Positions 52,301-63,931 of a stretch of 64,000 bases of DNA are shown here, one piece after another. The position numbers and the translations under genes are program-made. The first letter of the stretch is position 1; each line of letters starts with the position of its first letter. Source of the stretch: Paraspadella gotoi (taxonomy: Eukaryota > Animalia > Chaetognatha). The stretch lies in the NCBI GenBank assembly GCA_051294375.1, contig JBJCIZ010000239.1, positions 863,721-927,720 of the forward strand, read 5' to 3'. The notes beneath the pieces were generated by a model. The model was given only the letters and a program-made list of their open reading frames with translations. It made no database searches and was not told the origin of the DNA.

Positions 52301-54174
52301 CTCTCTCTCTCTCTCTTCGTCCCTCAGTCAATGCAGTCGTTAATATAGCAGTAATCGTTGAATGTATGTTTTGAATGTATCGTATCAAACTGAACTAAAT
52401 CATCACCGAAAAAGCAAATGAATTACTGTCACGCTACAGGTGATGTATCTTTTGGAAAAGGCTGACGGTGTTTCCAGTGGGCTAGTTCAAAGAGCCAGGA
52501 CTTCAGAACCTTCTCCCACAGTTTCATTCTCGCCTGTAGGCTTCCCTATAACCATTTCACAAACAATTTTTTTATCAAAAGCTTTTCATACAGACCAGGG
52601 GATATTATGATCATTTTCATTTTCTTTCCAAATCTCAAATTTTTTATCAAAAAAGCTTTTCATACAGACCTGGGGATATTATGATCATTTTTCGTTTTCT
52701 TTCCAAATCTCAATTTTTTATCAAAAAAAGCTTTTCATACAGACTGGGGATATTATGATCATTTTTCGTTTTCTTTCCAAATCTCAATTTTTTATCAAAA
52801 AGCTTTTCATACAGACCAGGGATATTATTATCATCCTATGCTGGTTAAGGGAATTAACAAAAAGTTGTAATCAATTTATTTCATTACTCAACATTATCGT
52901 TGCACACTCAGAAGCGGGCGGACTGTTCAAGTAACCGCAACGCCACTCCTCGAAAGACTCTCCAATCATGTGACTGAAGAATCAAAAAAGTCACGGGCGA
53001 GCAAAGGGGATACTAAGAACATTCTCCAGCCAATCAGCTCTCAAAAATTTCATAGAAAGCGGAAAAAATTTAAAATACTCAGATTTAAAATTCACGTCTT
53101 TAATTTTGAATAATAATTAATATAATAATAAATAATAATGTGAGGGTTGAACGGCATGTTTTAATGCATGGCAAACTCAGCGAATGTATAGTAGAAAGTT
53201 ACCGAGAAATTATTATATAATTTTTTTGTTTTTTTTTATCAAAAAACCTTCATACTTTTATTTGCAATAATGTTTGCAATTTAAACCACCGTGCTCGTGA
53301 CCGGCTCTGCCGCCTCTAGGCCGGCCCGTCTAGGCCGCGTCGCCCGGCTGTTTCGTTTTGGGTTCGATAATCGACAGAACTTCCTGACATATTGCTTTTA
53401 TCTCGAAAGGTAGAATGAAAAGCGCTTCTTCTCTCTCCTCTGTCTCATCTCTCTCTGCTCTCTCTCTATCTCTCTCCTCTCTCTCATCCTCTCTCTCTCT
53501 CTCTCGCCTTTTTCCCCTCCCGTTGCCAGGAACTGAAGGAACAAACAACTGAAAATCCTGTTCCGTTTACTCGTCTCACGTCGGACTATTTGGAGAATTA
53601 AATTCATCTCTCCTCTCTCTTCTCTCTCGTCTCTCTCTCTCTCTTTCTCTCTCTCTCTGCTCTCTCTCAATGTACAACTCAAGTACTTACAAGTTACAAC
53701 AAGTACTCCCACATAAAAAAAACAATAAACAACTTATCAAGAATCCATGTCGCAAAAAAAAAGAAAGTAATTTTGCTTAAATTTGTGAAGATGACAACGT
53801 CTAAGCAAGGCTCGTCAGGATAAACTGGAATGGAAAACCCAGGTAGTATTACAAGTTCTCACTCTAGTGAATATACATATAATATACCATATAATGACAT
53901 ATACATTCATATGTAAAATGACCGCAAGATGGTCAACTTTTCTGAATTTTTGTATCCAGATAGTCATTGTCCTGTTTTTATTTTTTCCCTGCATTTTCTT
54001 TTACCATGATGGAAAAAAAAGTGTCGTGGTTTGGAAAAGCCAGTTAATTTTATTGTCAAATATATTTTTTGGCTAATAAATAAGTTTTAATAGGTAATAT
54101 GACCTCCTTAAGACTGTAACACCGGTGTCTCTTCAATATGCTTATGTTAAACCCTGAAAAAATTAGGGTCACCA

Positions 54175-54365
54175 TGGCTAACCCTGACGAAGTCACCAAC
54201 ATCACAGACCCAACGTCTACAAATTACGAGATTGTGTGGCGGATATATACACACCGCTCACGTCCTCAAAATGAAAACTTTATTTCATTATGCAATGGTT
54301 GGGTTTGAACGGACTCGGGGTCTACAGAAGAGTTAAATCCTTCGACTGGGTCTACGAAAGATTTA
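54175..54365 (+). pseudogene. Truncated GNAT paralog, copy A
   Basis: Same as 61096-61290. Confidence 0.6.
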
Positions 54366-54827
54366 TTCTTTCTCGCTCTATTCTTCTAATTGTTATAAAA
54401 AATTATTTGTATCCAATAATTTAATTATATTAAACCTCACCATCAGGTGAGAGAGGGCCCTCGCAGGCTTATCAGGTCAGAGAGATATTCTAGTGGCACT
54501 TGGCATCTTTCCAGCCGGATCACTACCAGATCCCACCTGGTCCCATTCCACCACAATATCCTCTCAGCACATGACAAGCCCATGAACCGACTACAGCGGC
54601 AACGCCCCACATTTGGCCCGGCCGGGGGGGGGAGACAGTTCATTTTGAGCTCATTCTTATCTTATCATTTCACTTACCTTTAACTTATCTACCTCATTAC
54701 TTATTCTTCTATTCACTTTCTTATTTTAAACTTTCACCAATATCAGCTACAACATAATTTTTTAATCCTTGTTAATGTTTTGTTTTTTAAATTTATCATT
54801 GTTGTACATTGCTAATGTATTGACTTT

Positions 54828-54865
<38 letters not shown>

Positions 54866-55087
54866 TCTTCTCTCTCTCATCTCTCTCTCNNNNNNNNNNN
54901 NNNNNNNNNNNNNNCCCGCCTCTGCGACATTGCGACATCCCGCCTGATCCTCATATCAAATTGTAAACTATACAATTTTGTTGTTTATCTGTAATGCTCT
55001 ATGCCATTTAGAATGTACTGTTTGTTGTAAACGAATAGAACACTTATAAATATCCCGTCTGTATCATCACCTTTCCACCTGATTCCC

Positions 55088-55957
55088 CACTCACTGCCTG
55101 GTCCTCAAATTCTGCCCATATTGCCATCTCTCCATCTCATTCCCTACTACTGCCTGGTCTTCAGATTCGTCTGTATTGCCATCCGTCCTTCTTATTCCCT
55201 ACTCACTGCCTGGTCCTCAGATTCTGTCCGTATTGACATCCGTCCTTCTTATCTCCCTACTCACTGCCTGGTCCTCAGATTCTGTCCGTATGACATCCGT
55301 TCCTTCTTATTCCCTACTCACATGCCTGGCCTCAGATTCTGTCCGTATTGACAATCCGTCCTTCTTATTCCCTACTCACTGCCTGGTCCTCAGATTCTGT
55401 CCGTATTGGACATCCGTCCTTCTCTTATTCCCTACTCACTGCCTGTCCTCAGATTCTGTCCGTATTGACATCCGTCCTTCTATTCCCTACCCACTGCCTG
55501 GTCCCAGATTCTTCCGTATTGCAATCCGTTCCTTCTTCATTCCCTACTACTGCCTGGTCCTCAGATTCTGTCCGTATTGACATCCGTCCTTCTTATTCCC
55601 TACTCACTGCCTGGTCCTCAGATTCTAGTCCGTATTGACATCCGTCCTTCTTATTCCCTACTCACTGCCTGGTCCTTCAGATTCTGTCCGTATTGCCATA
55701 CCATACCCGTCTCATTCCCTTACTCACTGCTGGTCCTCAGATTCAGTCTATATTACCATCCGTCCGTGTCATTCCCCACTCACTGCCTGGTCCTCAGATT
55801 CTGTCCGTATTGCATCCGTTCCGTCTCATTCCCTACTCACTGCCTGCGTTCCTCAGATTCTGTTCTCGATTCTGTCCGTATTGCCATCCGTCCGTCTCAT
55901 TCCCTACTCACTGCCTGGTTCTCAGATTCTGTCCGTATTGCCATCCGTCCGTCTGAT
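55088..55957. repeat. 57-bp tandem array (~15 units), copy B
   Basis: Same unit as in copy A; the highest-coordinate unit is the true exon end. Confidence 0.92.
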
Positions 55958-57798
55958 TGCCGATGGTGGCGATGACGTCGTCCTCCACGAACGTCATCTG
56001 GTTGTCGCCTCTCTCCGCGTGACCGAAGAGGGCGCGCACGTGGCCGAATCCGTTGCGGGGGAGGGTCACCCCTTTGGAGAGAGGGAGGAAGAGGAGGAGG
56101 AAGTGAGAGAATTGGATCGAAGAGGAGAAGGAATTAGTGATCTTTTTTTATACATGATTTAAATATGTTTGTTATGGCAACGGAGAGACATGTGGCATCT
56201 CCCGACAGCTGGCGCTCAGGGCTTTGGACCTGCAGTGTCCACCCCATGTCACTGGCGTGTTTATGCCGACACCATCACACTTTAACCAGCGTGACCGTGA
56301 GGGGATTGAACTCGGAACTCACGGTTGGTGAACGAGTACTTAGTACTTTGTGAATCAGCAGTGCGCGAACCCGAGTCCTTGGGGTTGGGAGGAGCTCGTG
56401 CTACCTCCGGCGCCATAGGTGCTGCTGATTCTCGGACGAGTAGCAGGTTATGAAATACTACCGCTACAATATTTATATTTTGTCTACATTTTAATCAAAG
56501 GAATCAATCCCCCAAAAGCCGCCGCAGCGCATCCCACCTAATTGATGCAGCTGCTGTTGAGGATGCAGCGGAGATCCCCTCCCTAATCCATCGCCGTCGT
56601 CGCCGACGAAAGAGCTGGGTCCGACGTGATGGTAATTGCTGGAGACGGGACGGGACGGCACGCCGCCGCGATGTTGCTGCTGCTGCGGCTGGGGATGTTG
56701 GTGCTGCGGTCGGTGATGAAATTGCTGTTGAGACTCGTGAGTCTGACGAGGAGACGGATTATAGGGCGCCATGGGGGGTTTCGACATTGGAGCGGTTTGG
56801 GTCGGGGTTCTTTGAAGAGGCGGTTGGGAATTAGGGGAAAACATAATTTAATAATATGTTTGTTAAATAATAGACTTTCATAAGTTATTATTTCACGCAG
56901 TTAGGTAACAACTTTTAGAAAAAAAAAGTTGAATTAACTATGACGTCATTTAATAATTCAAAACAAAATCGTCATAAAGGATAAACTATTTAGTATCTCC
57001 TATTGAATTCACTTTTAAACATTGTCAACAAATGATCAGCCGTCCACTCAGATCCACCTGGCGTAAGAAACGGGAACTTTGTTGACGACTCCGTTTCCTG
57101 GGCCGTTGTTGTTGTTGTTGTTGTTTCTGTTGACGCCCATTCCGTTTTGCATCTTGACGGCGCCCATGGGAGAGTCGCCGTTGACGCCGCCCGCCAACGC
57201 CCTTCCATTCGGCGCGGCGCCGTCCGGAAGTTGAGTCGGGGCGCCGCCTTTGGACGGCGAGAGACTCGCCTAAAAAAGAAAGAAACAAATTAAAATATTA
57301 AATATCGAATTTAAATATGACTTCGTCGTCGTCTTCGTCGTTGTCTTTGATCGAATCATTTGAGCTCTCAAAATTTTAAATATTGATTATCTATTTTTTG
57401 CAATCTTCGTTTCATCTTCTTTTCTGTCCCTCTTACTTTCTTACCTATTTCTTTTCTATTTCTGTCTTACTTTCCTCCTTTTTTTCTTTGATGTTTAATT
57501 TCATTCGCTCTTTTATTCTCTCCCTCACTTTTTATATCGTTTTTATCTTTCTTTCCGACGTATTTTTTCACTATCTTCATCTTTCTATTTTTTTACTTTA
57601 TTTCTTTTTTTCATCAACTTTCTTTCTTTCTCTATTTCTATTTTCTCTCACCTGACAGACCCTACAAAGCGCCAGCCATTCCCCCAGCTTGATCTGCAAC
57701 AGTGTATTGGCTTTCCCGTGCCAGTTGAGCTGATGTTTGACCAGAGCGCAATGCCGTTCCAGGACGAATCCGTAACGTTTTCTTTCCGCGCCGATCGC
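55912..57798 (-). CDS. IRSp53: IRSp53/BAIAP2-like I-BAR(IMD)-SH3 protein, exons 57798-57652, 57269-57058, 56809-56538, 56071-55912 (copy B, in frame)
   Basis: AIGAERKRYGFVLERHCALVKHQLNWHGKANTLLQIKLGEWLALC matches IMD helix 4 (ERRRY/FxFxxExQC). An N/Q/P-rich linker follows, then TLPRNGFGHVRALFGHAERGDNQMTFVEDDVIATIGNQTDGWQYGQNLRT, an IRSp53-type SH3. Exon lengths 147/212/272/160 nt give phases 0,2,1,2 with GT-AG. The remaining IMD exons are not seen in the window. Confidence 0.92.
56190..56425 (-). mobile_element. tRNA-related SINE-like element (family 3) in an IRSp53 intron; copy ~49540-49775
   Basis: The reverse strand has TGGCGCCGGAGGTAGCACG...CTCGGGTTCGCGC (A/B-box-like) and a second B-box-like GAGTTCAATCCCC. 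Confidence 0.5.
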
Positions 57799-57906
57799 CT
57801 GGAAAAAAAAATGAGAGGACATTTGTTTATTTTTTTGTACATAGCTATTTATTTATTTATTCAATTATCAATTCGTCTATCTCTTTCACATTCGTTTATT
57901 TTATTA

Positions 57907-58261
57907 TGACAACGCAGAGAATGGATTATCAAGTGGCTTGTCTCTCTTGGCTTCTCCGTCTTTTCTTCTGATTGACCAATCAGAGAGGAGGCTTCCCTCA
58001 GGAAACCGACGGCAGAGAAACGAGAGAGGGAACTGGATCACTCTTCAACTTACCTTCAAGAAACAAACATCAAACTCCTTATGGACTATTTGTTATATTG
58101 TTTATTGCCTGCCTTTTCTCTGGATAATCTACATATTTTGTATGTTAATTATTATCATCCCAACGTGTTCTTATGTCAATAAAACTCCTCCTATTTCTCC
58201 CTTAATAAACCACGCCTACTTCCTTCATTGTGGTGGCAGCGGTGGGATTCGAACCCACGCC
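57907..58261 (+). mobile_element. Retrotransposon LTR (TGA...TCA, 57907-58227) followed by a tRNA-Leu PBS (58231-58261); internal region absent
   Basis: TG...CA ends with AATAAA near the 3' end; then, 3 nt later, TGGTGGCAGCGGTGGGATTCGAACCCACGCC, the reverse complement of the CCA-tailed 3' end of tRNA-Leu(AAG/TAG). Confidence 0.72.
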
Positions 58262-58878
58262 AACCAACCAAGCTAGCTTGTTCCAGACTTTTGACAGGCA
58301 ATGTGAAGTATTTTTTGTAAGGTTTTTGATTATTTATTTTTGATTCATGAATTTTTGTTATATTTATTAATTTAATCATGGCGCTAAATCGAATGTGGAT
58401 ATATATTTTTTTTTAAATTTATCAAATTTATAACATTCCAATGGATATGAAACAAAGCATAAAAAAAATGACTTTAGGACAGAACTCGATCTTTCGACCC
58501 CAAAAATTAGTCGACAAATCTCATTTCAAGGTCAGTTCTAAGACCGCAAAAAAAAAAAAAGGTATCATTCATTTCATCAAAATGTTCATTTCGTAATTCG
58601 AGGAAAAGTCTCTTCGTTCCCTCCTTTCTCTCGGACACGCGAGGCCAGGGGATCTAGGATAACCGTAGGGAGATTGATTGAGGAGAACCCGTATAATAAA
58701 TCTGGGAGAACAGTAGGAGAACGTGGAATATAGAGAAAGGATTTGAAGATCGGATTGAGAAGCTCAGACGTCGCTTGGAATTAATCCTTCGAGATTTGAG
58801 GCTCGAGTTTAGATCCTAAATTCTATGGAATAAATTATGTTTCGAAATTAAGCTTAGATTTGTTTATTACGAGAAAGG

Positions 58879-59003
<125 letters not shown>

Positions 59004-59244
59004 CCTCAGTCAATGCAGTCGTTAATATAGCAGTAATCGTTGAATGTATGTTTGAATGTATCGTATCAAAACTGAACTAAATCTCACCGAAAAAGCAAAT
59101 GAATTACTGTCACGCTACAGGTGATGTATCTTTGGAAAAGGCTGACGGTGTTTCCAGTGGGCTAGTTCAAGAGCCCAGGACTTCAGACCTTCTCCCACAG
59201 TTTCATTCTCGCCTGTAGGCTTCCCTATAACCATTTTCACAAAC

Positions 59245-59515
59245 AATTTTTTATCAAAAAGCTTTTCATACAGACCAGGGGATATTATGATCATTTTTCA
59301 TTTTCTTTCCAAATCTCAATTTTTTATCAAAAAAGCTTTTCATACAGACCTGGGGATATTATGATCATTTTTCGTTTTCTTTCCAAATCTCAATTTTTTA
59401 TCAAAAAAGCTTTTCATACAGACCTGGGGATATTATGATCATTTTTCGTTTTCTTTCCAAATCTCAATTTTTTATCAAAAAAGCTTTTCATACAGACCAG
59501 GGGATATTATTATCA
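59245..59515. repeat. 74-bp tandem repeat, ~3.5 units (copy ~52565-52832)
   Basis: gcttttcatacagacc recurs at 59261, 59335, 59409 and 59483. Confidence 0.92.
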
Positions 59516-59584
59516 TCTTATGCTGGTTAAGGGAATTAACAAAAAGTTGTAATCAATTTATTCATTACTCAACATTATCGTTGC

Positions 59585-59722
59585 ACTCAGAAGCGGGCGG
59601 ACTGTTCAAGTAACCGGCAACGCCACTCCTCGAAAGACTCTCCCAATCATGTGACTGAAGATACAAAAAAGTCACGGGCGAGCAAAGGGCGATACTAGAA
59701 CATTCTCCAGCCAATCAGCTCT
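59585..59722. promoter_or_regulatory. Possible promoter patch (GC box plus two CCAAT boxes); copy ~52905-53042
   Basis: gggcgg and two ccaatca motifs in a GC-elevated patch upstream of the plus-strand GNAT copies. Motif evidence only. Confidence 0.25.
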
Positions 59723-59784
59723 TCAAGATTTCATAGAAAGCGGAAAAATTTAAATACAGATTTAAAATTCACGTCTTTAATTTG

Positions 59785-59797
59785 AATAATAATAATA

Positions 59798-59880
<83 letters not shown>
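59785..59880. repeat. (AAT)n microsatellite
   Basis: Directly visible. Confidence 0.97.
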
Positions 59881-59887
<7 letters not shown>

Positions 59888-60494
59888 TTTTTACGACGCG
59901 TAGTAAAAGCTCCCTTAACTCTAAAAGCCATTGCTTGGCGATATATATTAAAAATTGCTTGCCCACGGGACGAGAGAAAACGAATACTATTTTTAATTTC
60001 GCTCGGATATTATTAATGGCCGACACTTGGTAAATTTTCGTCGGCCTGTCGGCTTGAAACGCGTGGGCTGTCGGCCGAATGGAACATGAAGAGTCGCAGA
60101 CTCTGATTTTAATTCATGAACGGATTTCGTTACAATTTTACAGGTTTTTTCAGGGTAAGCGGAGACTGTGGAGGGGTAAGTTTTGGAAGGGGGTGGCAAA
60201 GTGAGTTGAAAAGTAAGGATGTGAGGGTTGAACGGCATGTTAATGCATGGCAAACTCAGCGGAATGTTAGTGAAGTTACCGAGAAATTATAATATAATTT
60301 TTTTTGTTTTTTTTTATCAAAAAAACTTCATACTTTTATTTGCAATAAATGTTGCAATTTATCACCGGCCCGGCCGGCTCTGCCGCCTCTGCCGCCGCCT
60401 CTGCCGCCGCCTCTGCCGCGCGCGCTCGTTTTGGGTCGATAATCGACAGAAACTCCTGACATATTTGCTTTTATCTCGAAAGGTAGAATGAAAA

Positions 60495-60605
<111 letters not shown>

Positions 60606-61095
60606 GTACAACTCAGTACTTACAAGTTACAACAAGTACTCCCACATAAAAAAAACAATAAACAACTTATCAAGAATCCATGTCGCAAAAAAAAAGAAAA
60701 GTATTTTGCTTGAATTTGTGAAGATGACAACGTCAAGCAAGGCTCGCGGAATAAACTGGAATGAAAACCCAGGTAGTATACAAGTTCACTCTAGTGAATA
60801 TACATATATATACATATATGCATATACATACATATGTAAATGACCGCGAGGTCAACTTTTCTGAATTTTTGTATCCAGATAGTCATTGTCCTGTTTTTAT
60901 TTTTTCCCCTGCATTTTCTTTTTACCATGATGGAAAAAAAAGTGTCGTGGTTTGGAAAAGCCAGTTAATTTTATTGTCAAATATATTTTTTGGCTAATAA
61001 ATAAGTTTTAATAGGTAATATGACCTCCTTAAGACTGTAACACGGTGTCTCTTCAATATGCTTATTGTTTAACCCTGAAAAATTTAGGGTCACCA

Positions 61096-61290
61096 TGGCT
61101 AACCCTGACGAAGTCACCAACATCACAGACCCAACGTCTACAAATTACGAGGTTGTGTGGCGGTATATTCACACCGCCTCACGTCCTCAAAATGAAAACA
61201 TTTTATTTCATTATGCAATGGTTGGGTTTGAACGGACTCGGGGTCTACAGAAGAGTTAAATCCTTCGACTGGGTCTACGAAAGATTTAAG
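61096..61290 (+). pseudogene. Internally deleted, frameshifted paralog of the downstream GNAT gene
   Basis: MANPDEVTNITDPTSTNYEV resembles MANADEACNTMESKATNCEV, and is joined almost directly to LKMKTFYFIMQWLGLNGLGVYRRVKSFDWVYERFK, which resembles LELRTVYFISRWLGVNGYRVYRRLESYHRVVEKFE. No acetyl-CoA motif exons follow. Confidence 0.75.
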
Positions 61291-62006
61291 TTCTTTTCTT
61301 CGCTCTATTCTTCTAATTGTATTAAAAAATTATTGTATCCAATATTTATTATAATATTAAACCTCACCATCAGGTGAGAGAAGGGCCCTCGGCAGGCTTA
61401 TCAGGTCAGAGAGATATTCTAGTGGCACTTGGCATCTTTCCAGCCGGATCACTACCAGATCCCACCTGGTCCCATTCCACCACAATATCCTCTCAGCACA
61501 TGACAAGCCCATGAACCGACTACAGCGGCAACGCCCCACATTTGCCCGGCCGGGGGGGGGAGACAGTTCATTTTGAGCTCATTCTTATCTTATCATTTCA
61601 CTTACCTTTAACTTATCTATCCCTCATTACTTATTCTTCTATTTCACTTTCTTTATTTTAAACTTTCACAATCATCAGCTAACAACTAATTTTTTAATCC
61701 TTGTTATATGTTTTGTTTTTTTAAATTTATCATTGTTGTACATTGCCTAATGTATTGACTTTTGTTTCTCTNNNNNNNNNNCTCTCTCTTTTCACCAATT
61801 TCAAATTCACTTACTCTCTCCTTCCCTGTCCTCACTTTCACCTGTCCTTATATCTGACCACTATCCCTTACTCAATTCTTTGTTGGAAAACTCTCTCTAA
61901 ATTTTGTGAACACTGAATAAATTTAGCCAATGTCGAATCGTTTATTCAAATATAATTAGAAAAAGCTTCAAAATTCTTCTCTCTTTTATTTCACTTAGAT
62001 TCAGAC

Positions 62007-63048
62007 ATGGCCAACGCTGATGAAGCCTGCAATACAATGGAATCAAAGGCTACCAACTGCGAGGTCCTCCCTTTACATCCCCAATTCGCCGATGACGCGA
62101 GAAACGTTTTGCTCAGTGGTTTCGACGATGACCCTTCATTGCACGGAGTTGCTCCCGATGAAAATGATCGAAGGCTCTACCTCAATTCGTAAGTTTGATC
62201 TCACTTTCTGCAATCCATTCGATCATGTTTCTTTAAAGTTAATAAATTTTAGCCTCTTTTCTTTTCGAAGTTTGGCGAGTTTGATTTATCACTACAGTCT
62301 TGCTCCGTCGGAAAGCTTTGTTAAAAGCCATCAACCATTGCCAATAGTCGTTAAGACTACAGAAGGTAAAATGGTAAAATGTTTTCGAGTATTCGTTATT
62401 TCCCATTTTGATTCTTTTAATTCTTCGGCAGTTGACCATTCGACCGTCGTCACGGTTGCTTATTGCAACGTGGTGCCGATGGCTGGGTTTGGCTTGGAAC
62501 TGAGAACCGTGTACTTTATATCACGATGGTTGGGTGTAAACGGATACAGAGTTTACAGAAGACTTGAATCCTACCACAGGGTGGTTGAGAAATTTGAGGT
62601 GCTTCTAATTCGATATTATTATTAACAGAAATTCCCTGACCTTACCTTACTACCCCTTACTTTTTTTTTCAGAGCGCCATCGCGGATTATCTTGGCATTC
62701 CGCGGAACGAAATCAATAACCCACTCATTGTCTCCAATCTGCAATGGATCTGCACGTTGCCCGAGAAACGAGGCAAAGTGGGTTGTAATCGTAATCACGA
62801 TTTTCCTCGACTTCTTATTGACACGGCGTGATTTCCGTTTCCAGGGTTACGGTTCCGCCGCTCTCGATCACGTGATTCGTCATTTCGACGCCGAGAAAAT
62901 TCCCCTGATGGTTTTTTCGTCGAATCCACGAAATTTGTCTTTTTATCGACGCAAAGGATTCGTGGATCTGATCTCGGAGACTTGGAAAGGCGCCGTGTTG
63001 ACGGGTTGCGCCAGGAAAGTTGGCGGAGAGAGTTGGGAGTTTGATTGA
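62007..63048 (+). CDS. GNAT-family N-acetyltransferase (puromycin N-acetyltransferase-like), 256 aa, exons 62007-62188, 62253-62365, 62432-62598, 62673-62777, 62845-63048
   Basis: Four GT-AG introns of 64-74 nt with matching phases (771 nt total). N-terminal ARNVLLSGFDDDP..APDENDRR; motif A LQWICTLPEKRGK/GYGSAAL; motif B SSNPRNLSFYRRKGF. Confidence 0.9.
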
Positions 63049-63838
63049 TTCTGGCATCAGTGTCCGTTGCGGGGGTATTTCGCTTTCGTTTCATTGCAAC
63101 AACTTTGAAAAAAAAGGTTTGCCGCGCTTCGCTTTTCGCCCGTAACCTCACTTAATTTTAGTGCGAAAAAGATATGAAGTTGGTACTTCCGATATAAAAA
63201 AAAATTATCCATTCATTTAATGAATAAGCTATCTTGTCCCTGACTTTGGACAGGCTTTGGTGGCTTAAGGCCTCCATCACTCTTAGAAGATTACTTTTTT
63301 CTACTATATTAGACTAAATTCGATTAAAATTAAAAATAATGTAACAATTTATTGTATTTCACTATATATTAGATTTAATTATATTCTTTATATTAAGTAT
63401 ATTCTTATATAATGTAATGGGGAGAGGGATTTAATACCCCAACTCTGAAGCTTCATACATATTTAATAAATATATTTTTAATAATCACTTTTTGGCGGTT
63501 GTCTATTTTTGTTGTATTAAGAGTCGATGCCTCATATTTCAGTTATACCTTCTATATTTGTTGGGAATAATTAATGAATGAATGTATTGTTGAATAAACA
63601 AAAGATGAAATCTCGCTTTAGGCTTGTTTATTATAATTTGACTTTTTAATTAATGTCATTGTCAACTTTATTTTTCTCTTAAATTTCTCATTTTAAATTT
63701 TTAAATTTTTTTATTTCTAACTCGAATTCTCAACTTAAACTTAACAGAAGAATATTTTCTTGAGGTTCAATTGTTCTTTTTGTTTTCTTCCGATTTTTCG
63801 AAATCGCGCCGATGTACGGCGCTTCGGTACAAAATCGC

Positions 63839-63931
<93 letters not shown>

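Noticed and set aside
58231-58261. tRNA-Leu gene
   Set aside because: Only the 3' 31 nt are present and they include the CCA, which fits a PBS or retro-copy rather than a gene.
58590-58870. Additional I-BAR exon or TE ORF (copy ~51960-52230)
   Set aside because: There are stops in the frames examined and no IMD or TE motif was recognised.
61370-61565. GC-rich segment as a GNAT-paralog exon (copy 54445-54640)
   Set aside because: It has no similarity to GNAT exons 4-5. It is probably an unidentified repeat fragment.
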